A DNA stretch of 64,000 nucleotides from Chitinophaga pinensis (GTDB lineage: Bacteria; Bacteroidota; Bacteroidia; 2-12-FULL-35-15). This document shows positions 28,569-37,678 of this stretch, in pieces (the first letter of the stretch is position 1; each line of letters begins with the position of its first letter). The stretch covers positions 5,105-69,104 of the forward strand of contig CAMBDK010000002.1 of NCBI GenBank assembly GCA_945865315.1, given 5' to 3'. A program made the translations under genes and the position numbers. A model generated the notes under the pieces. The model was not told where the DNA came from, searched no databases, and worked only from the letters and a program-made list of their open reading frames with translations.

Positions 28569-28980
28569 TCGCTTCACAATAATTATTATTTCGCAGTGAT
28601 AACCCCTTTAATTTTCGCTTTTTTTTGCCCATTTCAAAGATATAACAATTCTTGGATTTGCAATATTTTAATTTTTTTCAAAGCAAATTTATTTTATAAT
28701 TTATTGATGTAAAGGCACTTGTAATACACTGTCAATATAAATTAAATATTAAACTGCTTTTTGAACAATGCTTTCCATTCCCACTGCAATTTAGTTTGAG
28801 TGGAGGCTGCATTAGAAAAAATATAGTTAGGGTATGTTTTTATATCATGCTTCTTTTTAATAATATTTATAATGTTGTTAATCGATAAAAAAGATTCGCT
28901 TATCTAAATTAACTATTTGTTAATGTTAGATAAGACTTTATCTACCTAAGTTTCAATAATGTTGTATAAAAAAAACACAA

Positions 28981-29874
28981 ATGCTTCTAAAAGAAAATAT
29001 TTATTTTAAGAATACTAAAGATAAAGGATTTCAGTTGCTAAAAGCATCAAAATCAATACATGAGTTTGTTTTTTTTAAAAAAGTAAAAAGAGAGATGGCA
29101 CTAAGAAACGAACTACAATCGAGTATCATTTATGCTAAAAGAATTCAAGAAGGAATGATGTTTAAAGAAGAGCATTTAATGAAATTATTTGCCGAATCAT
29201 TTATATATTTTAAACCAAAAGATATTGTCAGTGGCGATTTTTATTGGTTTACAAAAATTAACTCTAAAATTGTAGTTGCCGTAGCCGATTGCACCGGACA
29301 TGGTGTTCCTGGAGCATTTATGTCTGTATTGGGAATTAGCTTACTTAATCAAATTGTTATTGAAGAGCATAATACCGACCCATCCCTTATTCTTCAACGT
29401 CTTAATTATAAAATTAATAAATCATTCAGTTATTCTTCCGATTTGAATGATTCGGAAAAGTACAATGACGGTATGGACATAGCTGTATGTGTTATTGATA
29501 CGGCCTTGCAAACAATAGTTTATGCTGGCGCCCAACGCTCTTTTTATTTTATTTCAGATCACATAATGACTGATTATAAAGGATCCCGCTATCCTATTGG
29601 TGGCTTAAATCTTGAATTACATAGAAGTTATGATAGTATAAAAATAAATTATAAAAAGGGAGATAAAATGTATCTTTTTACAGATGGTTTTCCTGATCAA
29701 TTTGGAGGTGCAAAGGATAAAAAATTTATGACGACAAAATTTAAACAGGAAATATTAAAAACTTCCAATAATTCTATGAATATGCAATGTTTAGAATTAA
29801 ATCAATTGTTAGAAGATTGGAAAAAATTAACGGAACAAACCGACGATATTTTAATTTTAGGTATTCAACTTTAG
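28981..29874 (+). CDS. PP2C-family (SpoIIE-like) serine/threonine phosphatase
   Basis: SGDFYWF, VADCTGHGVPGAFMS, NDGMDIAV and LFTDGFPDQFGG blocks. No sensor domain and no partner-switching genes nearby. Confidence 0.8.
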   Translation: MLLKENIYFKNTKDKGFQLLKASKSIHEFVFFKKVKREMALRNELQSSIIYAKRIQEGMMFKEEHLMKLFAESFIYFKPKDIVSGDFYWFTKINSKIVVAVADCTGHGVPGAFMSVLGISLLNQIVIEEHNTDPSLILQRLNYKINKSFSYSSDLNDSEKYNDGMDIAVCVIDTALQTIVYAGAQRSFYFISDHIMTDYKGSRYPIGGLNLELHRSYDSIKINYKKGDKMYLFTDGFPDQFGGAKDKKFMTTKFKQEILKTSNNSMNMQCLELNQLLEDWKKLTEQTDDILILGIQL

Positions 29875-29943
29875 GATTTATTTTTATTTTTATTTTTGTT
29901 TTATAATAACACCTGATTTGTAATTTGATAAGTCAAAAAAATA

Positions 29944-30396
29944 TTATTCTCTATTTTTGCTATCCATAATTATTGTAACAGGCCCATCATTTAACAAATT
30001 TATTTTCATGTCGGCACCAAACTCCCCTGTTGCAATTGGTTTCCCTAAATCATTTTGTAACTGAGCAATCATTTTTTCATACAGAGGAATAGCGATGGAA
30101 GCATTTGCAGCCTTTAAATAGGATGGGCGATTGCCTTTTTTTGTCGATGCCTGCAATGTAAACTGCGAAACAAGAATAAGGTCACCGGCCACATCTTTTA
30201 ATGATAAATTCATAACAGCATTGGTATCATTAAAAATACGAATATTTACAATCTTTAAACTTAACCAAGCTATATCTTCCTGCGTATCCGAATCTTCTAT
30301 GCCTAATAATACCAGTAGCCCCTTGGCTATCGAACATTTTAATTTCCCATTAATTGTTACCGAACAATTGGCTGTGCGCTGAATAACTACTTTCAT
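29944..30396 (-). CDS. dtd: D-aminoacyl-tRNA deacylase
   Basis: 150 aa with SQFTL, GNRPS and NDGPVT motifs. Confidence 0.9.
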   Translation of the reverse strand: MKVVIQRTANCSVTINGKLKCSIAKGLLVLLGIEDSDTQEDIAWLSLKIVNIRIFNDTNAVMNLSLKDVAGDLILVSQFTLQASTKKGNRPSYLKAANASIAIPLYEKMIAQLQNDLGKPIATGEFGADMKINLLNDGPVTIIMDSKNRE

Positions 30397-30509
30397 CTTT
30401 TATAATTATAAATTACCCCACCACCCCCCAAAGGCAAATTTTTTTTTTGGAAATTATATCCTTTAAATAAGTTCTTAAAATAAAGGTGCTTATTCAATGT
30501 AAATAATTA

Positions 30510-31493
30510 TCAATAATCATCTTCCAGGTCCTCCTCCTTCATTATCCCCATATAACTATTATAACGCGATGCCCCAATTTCACCATTGTTTAGCGCTTCA
30601 ATAATTGCACATTTAGGTTCATTGATATGTAAACAGTTGTTGAATTTACATTTGCTTTTCAGCGCTTGCATTTCAGGGAAATAATTTGATATCTCATACT
30701 TTTCCATGTCTACCAATCCCAGTTCTTTAATCCCTGGCGTATCTATAATAAATCCTCCATATGCTAGAGGGTGCATTGCTGCAAAGGTGGTGGTGTGCTT
30801 ACCTTTAAAATGTACATCTGAAATTTCACCTACTTTTAAATTTAAATTACTATCCATCGAATTTACTAAAGTAGATTTCCCAACACCCGAATGACCAGCA
30901 ATTAAAGTAGTTTTGTCTTTCGTTATGCCTTGAATTACTTCAATATCTGTTTTTTTTGTTGCAGAAACTTTATAACATTTATAACCTACTTTTTCGTAAC
31001 TTTTTATTATCTGATCCAGCTCCTCCATCTTAATGTTTTTCGCGCTTTTATCTATGCCTTTCAGTTCTGTATCTTTCTCAAATAAATCTATTTTATTGAA
31101 AATTATTTTTGTTGGAATGTGATAGGCTTCGGCAGTTAATAAAAATCGGTCAATAAAACCAAAAGAGGTGCGAGGGTATGCAAGTGTAACAACTAATAAT
31201 GCCTGGTCAACATTAGCAGCAATTATATGCGATTGTTTCGACAAATTAATAGATTTACGAATTATATAATTTTTGCGGTTTTCTATGCTATTAATTACGC
31301 CTCTTCCATCTTTCTCCATTTCGAATATTACTTTATCGCCCACAGCAATTGGGTTGGTCGTTTTAATTCCTTTAATTCGAAATTTACCTTTTATCCCACA
31401 CTCCACTTTAGTATCTTTATCAACCAAAACTGTATACCAGCTCCCTGTTGATTTAATAACCGTACCTCTCATATTTACTCTGCTTACAAGCAT
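30510..31493 (-). CDS. rsgA: Ribosome small-subunit-dependent GTPase A
   Basis: Circularly permuted GTPase (NKIDL, GHSGVGKST, DTPG) with zinc knuckle CKFNNCLHINEPKCA. The true start is probably the internal Met at 31472 (MRGTVIKSTGSWY). Confidence 0.85.
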   Translation of the reverse strand: MLVSRVNMRGTVIKSTGSWYTVLVDKDTKVECGIKGKFRIKGIKTTNPIAVGDKVIFEMEKDGRGVINSIENRKNYIIRKSINLSKQSHIIAANVDQALLVVTLAYPRTSFGFIDRFLLTAEAYHIPTKIIFNKIDLFEKDTELKGIDKSAKNIKMEELDQIIKSYEKVGYKCYKVSATKKTDIEVIQGITKDKTTLIAGHSGVGKSTLVNSMDSNLNLKVGEISDVHFKGKHTTTFAAMHPLAYGGFIIDTPGIKELGLVDMEKYEISNYFPEMQALKSKCKFNNCLHINEPKCAIIEALNNGEIGASRYNSYMGIMKEEDLEDDY

Positions 31494-31758
31494 TTAATAA
31501 TTTATAAATCTCCCCCAATTATTCATAAAATCCTGAATGGAAATACAAAACCCTTCGAAATAATCGAACAAGTCTTTTTTAATAATGGAAAGATAATATT
31601 TTAAACAAAATTTAGAACATCAAATTTATTAAAAAGAATTAGCTTTGCACAAACAAAAAATAAAAATAAAAAATTAAGGATTAAGGTACATGCTGTTTTA
31701 AATAAATTACAACCTTTTTTTTAAACTTTAATTACACATATCTCTGATAATTTTAACC

Positions 31759-32667
31759 ATGTCGATAAAAGTATCTAACATATCAAAAAGATATACCAAT
31801 CAATTGGCCTTGAACAACATTTCTTTTGATGTAAATGAAGGAGAAATTGTTGGTTTTCTTGGCCCTAATGGAGCTGGTAAGTCCACTATGATGAAAATAT
31901 TAACCTGCTTTATCCCTCAAACAGAAGGCCATGCAAGTGTTTGTGGTTTTGATGTTGCCGAAGAAAGTTTGGAAGTTAGAAAAAATGTAGGTTACCTGCC
32001 CGAAAATAATCCGCTTTATTTGGATATGTATGTTAAAGAATACCTTGAATTTATTGCTGGCTTGCACCATTTGAAAAATATTAAACAACGCATTTCCGAA
32101 ATGATTGAAATGACGGGCTTGCAGATTGAACAGAAAAAGAAAATAGCAGCACTTTCAAAAGGATACCGCCAGCGCGTTGGCCTTGCCCAGGCCCTCATCC
32201 ACGATCCCAAAGTGCTTATATTAGATGAGCCTACTACCGGATTAGATCCTAACCAATTAGCCGAAATACGCAACCTTATTGTTGAAATAGGAAAACAAAA
32301 AACAATATTGCTGTCAACGCATATTATGCAAGAGGTGGAAGCTGTTTGCAATCGCGTAATAATAATTAAAGAAGGGCTAATTGTTGCAAACGATAGTACT
32401 GCTGTATTGCAAAATTCATATACTAAAAACCATCAATTTATTACTGTTGAATTTGATAAAGAAACTTCACAAGCGCATTTGAAAAATATTGAAGGTGTTT
32501 ATGAGGCAATAAATAGCAATGGAAATATTTGGCAAATCGAAGCCCGCACAGATAAAGATATCCGTACCGATATTTTTCAATTTGCTGTGAACAATGATAT
32601 GGCAGTGCTAACATTGCATAAGGAAGAAAAACGCCTCGAAGATGTTTTTAAACAACTAACTAAATAA
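31759..32667 (+). CDS. ABC transporter ATP-binding protein, GldA-like
   Basis: Walker A GPNGAGKST, signature LSKGYRQR and Walker B LILDEPT. Length and N-terminus resemble gliding-motility GldA as I recall it; that subtype call is tentative. Confidence 0.8.
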   Translation: MSIKVSNISKRYTNQLALNNISFDVNEGEIVGFLGPNGAGKSTMMKILTCFIPQTEGHASVCGFDVAEESLEVRKNVGYLPENNPLYLDMYVKEYLEFIAGLHHLKNIKQRISEMIEMTGLQIEQKKKIAALSKGYRQRVGLAQALIHDPKVLILDEPTTGLDPNQLAEIRNLIVEIGKQKTILLSTHIMQEVEAVCNRVIIIKEGLIVANDSTAVLQNSYTKNHQFITVEFDKETSQAHLKNIEGVYEAINSNGNIWQIEARTDKDIRTDIFQFAVNNDMAVLTLHKEEKRLEDVFKQLTK

Positions 32668-32723
32668 GAATACTTAAATAATGCTGCTTTATTCTGGTAC
32701 AGAAAAAATAAAATAACAAACAA

Positions 32724-34775
32724 ATGAAAAATTATCCTCTATTATTTATTGCTAATGTAATTATCCTTTGCTCCTGCAATAGCAGCTTTAAAAAATCGGA
32801 AACAGCAACAGATCTTTCCGATCCAATTTTAGCGCACATTGATTCTTCCTTCGCTCCGGGTCAGAATTTTTTTTATTACGCAAATAATAATTGGTTTAAA
32901 CAAAACCCAATTCCGGTTTCCGAAAAAAGCAATGGCATTTTTAGAACCGTTCAGGATACTGTTAATGAATCTATCCTGAAAATATGTACTTCAGCACTTA
33001 AGGATACTCAAGCTATTAAGGGTAGCAATAAACAAAAAATTGGCGATTTTTATTTTAGCGGATTGGATACTTTAAGTATTGAAAATGCTGGGTATTCAGC
33101 ATTAAAGGATCAGTTTATGGATATAGATGCAGTGAAAAATACTAACGACTTAATTGCTGCCGTTTGTAAACTCCAAGCACTTGAAGTATCCCCAATGTTT
33201 GGATTTGGAATTTATCAGGATGAAAAAAATAGTGCCCAATATGCTATTTATATTTCTCAATGTAATTTAGGTTTACCCGACCGCGATTATTACTTTAAAA
33301 GCGATACCCGCAGCAATAAAATTCGAACCGAATATCTAAATCATATTAAATTAATGTTAGAATTAATTATGCTAGATAACAAAACAGCTTCTCTGTATGG
33401 TGAAAAAATAATGAAGCTGGAAACTACTATTGCCAAAGCATGCAGCAAAATGGAAGATTTGCGCGACCCCTATAAAAACTATAATAAAATGTCGATTAAA
33501 GATCTTAATAAAATTACACCGAGCATTGAATGGAAAAAAACAATGAATGATTTAGGCTTACCTAATGCCGACACAATTATTGTTGGACAACCTGCTTTTT
33601 TTATTGCCTTGGAAACATCACTCAAGAAAATTAATTTGGAGGATTGGAAAATTTATTTGAAATGGACTTTATTAAACTCCTATGCCGATTATTTAAACAA
33701 AAAAATAGAAAATGAACACTTCAATTTTTACTCTACCATCCTCGAAGGGATAAAAGAACATAAATCGCGGTTAAAAATAATAATTGAAAGTACCGACGCT
33801 TCATTAGGGGAATTAATAGGACAAGTGTATGTGGAAGAGTATTTGCCGAAAGGCACAAAAGAGAAATTACTTGAAATAGGTAATAATGTAAGGGATGTTT
33901 ATGCCGATCATATCAAAGCACTGGACTGGATGTCTGACAAAACAAAAGAAAAAGCATTGAGCAAATTAAATAAAATAAATATGAAGGTTGGTTATCCCGA
34001 TAAATGGAAAGACATGGGAAGCCTTGTTATTAATAGGGAAAGTTATTCTGAAAATGCCATGAATGTAAGCCGATGGCGATACAATTATATGATAAATAAA
34101 TATGGTAAACCCGTCGATAGAAATGAATGGAGCATGACGCCACAAACGTATAATGCATATTATAGCCCTACAAATAATGAAATTATAGTGCCGGGCTGCA
34201 ATATTATAGTTCCCGGTTTTGAAGGTGAAATGCCCGATGACGCATTGTTATATGGCATCATAGGCGGCTCTACCTTTGGACATGAAATAACTCACGGATT
34301 TGATGACCAAGGTAGTTTATATGACGAAAATGGTAATTTAAAAGATTGGTGGACCAAGGAAGATCGTGAAAAATTTGTTGCTAAAACAAAACTCATTGTG
34401 CAGCAATTCAACAATTATAGTATTCTTGACAGCATGTATGTAAATGGTGAAAATACCCAAGGTGAAAATATTGCAGACCTAGGTGGTGTTATAATGGGCT
34501 ACGAAGCATTCAAAAAAACAAAACAAGGTCAATCAAAGGAATCAGTTTTTGGTTTTACGCCCGACCAACGCTACTATTTGTCTTATGCATACGCTTGGAT
34601 GGTAAACCGCACAGATGCTTCATTGGCAAAACAAATTATGTCCGACGAGCACGCTCCTGCCGAATTTCGTATCAATGGACCGCTCTCTAATATTGACAAC
34701 TTTTATAAAACATTTGATATAAAAAAAGAAGATAAAATGTACCGGGAAGAAAATTTAAGGGTTAGAATTTGGTAA
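32724..34775 (+). CDS. M13-family zinc metallopeptidase (PepO/neprilysin-like) lipoprotein
   Basis: Lipobox-like LCSC, zincin HEITHGFDD, third-ligand block GENIADLGG and C-terminal RVRIW. Confidence 0.85.
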   Translation: MKNYPLLFIANVIILCSCNSSFKKSETATDLSDPILAHIDSSFAPGQNFFYYANNNWFKQNPIPVSEKSNGIFRTVQDTVNESILKICTSALKDTQAIKGSNKQKIGDFYFSGLDTLSIENAGYSALKDQFMDIDAVKNTNDLIAAVCKLQALEVSPMFGFGIYQDEKNSAQYAIYISQCNLGLPDRDYYFKSDTRSNKIRTEYLNHIKLMLELIMLDNKTASLYGEKIMKLETTIAKACSKMEDLRDPYKNYNKMSIKDLNKITPSIEWKKTMNDLGLPNADTIIVGQPAFFIALETSLKKINLEDWKIYLKWTLLNSYADYLNKKIENEHFNFYSTILEGIKEHKSRLKIIIESTDASLGELIGQVYVEEYLPKGTKEKLLEIGNNVRDVYADHIKALDWMSDKTKEKALSKLNKINMKVGYPDKWKDMGSLVINRESYSENAMNVSRWRYNYMINKYGKPVDRNEWSMTPQTYNAYYSPTNNEIIVPGCNIIVPGFEGEMPDDALLYGIIGGSTFGHEITHGFDDQGSLYDENGNLKDWWTKEDREKFVAKTKLIVQQFNNYSILDSMYVNGENTQGENIADLGGVIMGYEAFKKTKQGQSKESVFGFTPDQRYYLSYAYAWMVNRTDASLAKQIMSDEHAPAEFRINGPLSNIDNFYKTFDIKKEDKMYREENLRVRIW

Positions 34776-34889
34776 TTTTAATTTCCAATTTCTGATACCT
34801 TGCAATTTTTTTTATCTTGTTTTTAACTGTAACAATAAAATTTATTTATTCTTCCGTTTTAAAATATATTTTTTTCTATTTTTACAAAT

Positions 34890-36068
34890 ATGCTTACGCA
34901 ACGCCAACTTTTTTATAACCACCTCGCGCAAACAAGCGAAACGCCTTTGGCCTTAGAAATTGAAAGAGCGGAAGGCATCTATTTATTTGATGTTTCAGGC
35001 AAGCCATACATGGATTTAATTTCCGGTATTTCCGTAAGTAACGTTGGCCACTGTCATCCAAAAGTAATTAGCGCAATTCAAAACCAACTGGAAAAATATC
35101 TCCACTTAATGGTGTATGGCGAGTATATTCAAAGTCCGCAGGTTAAACTAGCAAAACTTCTGTCAGAGCAACTTCCCGAAAAATTGAGCTCTGTTTATTT
35201 TGTTAATTCTGGCGGCGAAGCCATTGAAGGGGCAATGAAATTAGCAAAACGATATACGGGGAGAACGGAAATAATATCCTTTAAAAATGCCTATCACGGA
35301 AGTACCCATGGTAGTTTAAGTTTAATGGGTAACGAAGAATTTAAAAATGCATATCGCCCCCTTCTGCCTGACATTAAGCAATTAGCATTTAATAATATAA
35401 ATGACTTGCAAAATATAACTACCAAAACAGCAGCCGTATTTGTAGAAACCATTCAAGCTGAAGCAGGCATGGTTATGCCTGAAGGAGACTATTTAAATCA
35501 ACTCCAAATTAGATGCAATAAAGTAGGAGCATTGCTGGTAGCGGATGAGATACAATGTGGTTTTGGAAGAACAGGTAAATTGTTTGCTTTTGAACATTAT
35601 AACTTTATACCGGATATTCTTTGTTTGGCCAAAGGCATGGGCGGCGGAATGCCTATTGGGGCTTTTATAGCATCTAAAATGCTGATGCATTCACTTACTA
35701 ATAATCCCATCCTTGGCCATATTACTACCTTTGGCGGTCACCCTGTTTGTTGCGCTGCTAGTTTAGCAACTTTAAATGTTTTATTAGACGATAAATTAAT
35801 TGAACAAATAGAGCAAAAAGAAAAATTATTTCGCGCTTTATTAAAACACCCTCTTATAAAATCCATAAAGGGTAAAGGATTATTACTGGCTATCGAATTT
35901 GAAAATTTTGAACAAAACAAAAAAATTATCGACAATTGTATTTTAAAAGGCATCATTACCGATTGGTTTTTATTTCAGCCAAGTGCAATGCGAATTGCTC
36001 CTCCTTTAACGATTACCGAAAAACAAATTACTGAGGCCTGTAATACAATTTTAAGCTGTATTTATTAA
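34890..36068 (+). CDS. Class III (ornithine/acetylornithine-type) aminotransferase
   Basis: GVSVSNVGHCHP, NSGGEAIEGA, VADEIQCGFGRTG and PLP-Lys context LCLAKGMGGG. Confidence 0.8.
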   Translation: MLTQRQLFYNHLAQTSETPLALEIERAEGIYLFDVSGKPYMDLISGISVSNVGHCHPKVISAIQNQLEKYLHLMVYGEYIQSPQVKLAKLLSEQLPEKLSSVYFVNSGGEAIEGAMKLAKRYTGRTEIISFKNAYHGSTHGSLSLMGNEEFKNAYRPLLPDIKQLAFNNINDLQNITTKTAAVFVETIQAEAGMVMPEGDYLNQLQIRCNKVGALLVADEIQCGFGRTGKLFAFEHYNFIPDILCLAKGMGGGMPIGAFIASKMLMHSLTNNPILGHITTFGGHPVCCAASLATLNVLLDDKLIEQIEQKEKLFRALLKHPLIKSIKGKGLLLAIEFENFEQNKKIIDNCILKGIITDWFLFQPSAMRIAPPLTITEKQITEACNTILSCIY

Positions 36069-36316
36069 TTATGATTTTTTTGTCGATAAGCAGTTTCTAG
36101 TAACACACAAAAGGGCTTTTTTTGTTGTTAAAAATATTTAAGCTTTTTAACAAAGCAAATCTCTTATTAAGAATGAATATAAATTAGAATAAAAGTTAAA
36201 AGTTTCTAGCTTGTTTTGATTTAGTAGTTAATGAATCTTATAAATTTGACCTCAAAATAAAAAGTACTCCCACGAAAAATCGTGGCTTATATTGGAATAA
36301 ATAAATATAACTTTAT

Positions 36317-37570
36317 ATGAATACACGCTACAATACCCCGCAAATAAAGCCTTTTGCAATTATTGCTTTTCTTTTGTTATCGTTTCTTTTAAATTTATCC
36401 TCTGTTTCTGCACAAGATGCAGAAAAATTATTCAAACAAAATTGCGCTGTTTGCCATAGCTTGGGTAAAAACAAAATTACTGGGCCTGGCTTAGAAGGTA
36501 TCGCTGCCAGAGCTCCTAGTGATGACTGGCTTCGCAAATGGATAAAAAATAACAAGGAACTTATTAAAAGTGGTGATCCTTACGCGCTAAAAATATTTGC
36601 AGAAAGCAATGGTGCTGACATGACCGTCTTTACCGATTTAAAAGATGAAGAAATAAACTCATTAATTGCCCTGATAAAAAACCCTCCTAAAGAAAAAGTC
36701 GCTGTCGCAAGTGCACCGGAAGCAGGCGTTGCTAAAGAGGAACAAAATGGCGTTAATCCACTTGGGATCTTAATTGGTATAATATCATTTTTAATAATTA
36801 TCATTGCTGTATTAAGGGGGGTAAGCCATTCACTAAAGAACATACAGAATGAAAAAGAAGGTTTGCCGAATGAAGAGGCTATTGGTGTGTGGGGAGAAAT
36901 AAAATTATGGATGAAAGATCACAAACGCACATTGGCAGTTATTATATTGTTTGTTACTGGTGGGCTGCTTTCTTCTGGATGGTATGCTCTTAAAGAAATT
37001 GGCGTTTATACTGGATATCAGCCTACGCAGCCCATAGCTTTTTCGCATAAAATACACGCTGGTGAAAATGCTATTAATTGCCAATATTGTCACTCAGGTG
37101 TCGAAAAAAGTAAAATAGCTGGCATTCCTTCGGTAAATATTTGTATGAATTGCCACAAAGGGATTTCTAAAGGACCAAATACAGGAACTGCAGAAATAGC
37201 TAAAATTTATGAAGCTGCTGGCTGGGATCCCGAAAAAGCAGAATATAATAAACCTCAGAAACCTATTGAATGGGTTAAAGTTCATAACCTCCAGGATTTT
37301 GTTTATTTCTCCCACCAGCAGCACGTAAAAGTTGGTAAACAGGAATGTGTTACCTGTCATGGCGACTTAAAAGAAATGACTACTGCTAAGCAAGTGAGCC
37401 CATTAACAATGGTTTGGTGTATTGAGTGCCACCGTAAAACAGAAGTACCGGGAATGAAAGATAATAAATATTATGAAAGTTTACACAAAAAATTAGCCGA
37501 AAAATATAAAGGTCAAACGATTACCGTTGATAAAATGGGTGGCATTGAATGCGGAAAATGCCATTACTAA
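36317..37570 (+). CDS. actA: Alternative complex III subunit ActA, multihaem cytochrome c (6 CxxCH)
   Basis: Six CxxCH sites: CAVCH in an N-terminal domain, and CQYCH, CMNCH, CVTCH, CIECH, CGKCH in the C-terminal pentahaem domain. It is the first gene of an act-type cluster. Confidence 0.8.
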   Translation: MNTRYNTPQIKPFAIIAFLLLSFLLNLSSVSAQDAEKLFKQNCAVCHSLGKNKITGPGLEGIAARAPSDDWLRKWIKNNKELIKSGDPYALKIFAESNGADMTVFTDLKDEEINSLIALIKNPPKEKVAVASAPEAGVAKEEQNGVNPLGILIGIISFLIIIIAVLRGVSHSLKNIQNEKEGLPNEEAIGVWGEIKLWMKDHKRTLAVIILFVTGGLLSSGWYALKEIGVYTGYQPTQPIAFSHKIHAGENAINCQYCHSGVEKSKIAGIPSVNICMNCHKGISKGPNTGTAEIAKIYEAAGWDPEKAEYNKPQKPIEWVKVHNLQDFVYFSHQQHVKVGKQECVTCHGDLKEMTTAKQVSPLTMVWCIECHRKTEVPGMKDNKYYESLHKKLAEKYKGQTITVDKMGGIECGKCHY

Positions 37571-37678
37571 AAACTTATTTTAGGTAAAACAGAAAAAGTA
37601 ACAAAGGGGTTTAAATAAAACAAATTGAAAAAATGTGAATTTTAATTAACAAATTTTCAAATTTCAAATTAATAAAAT

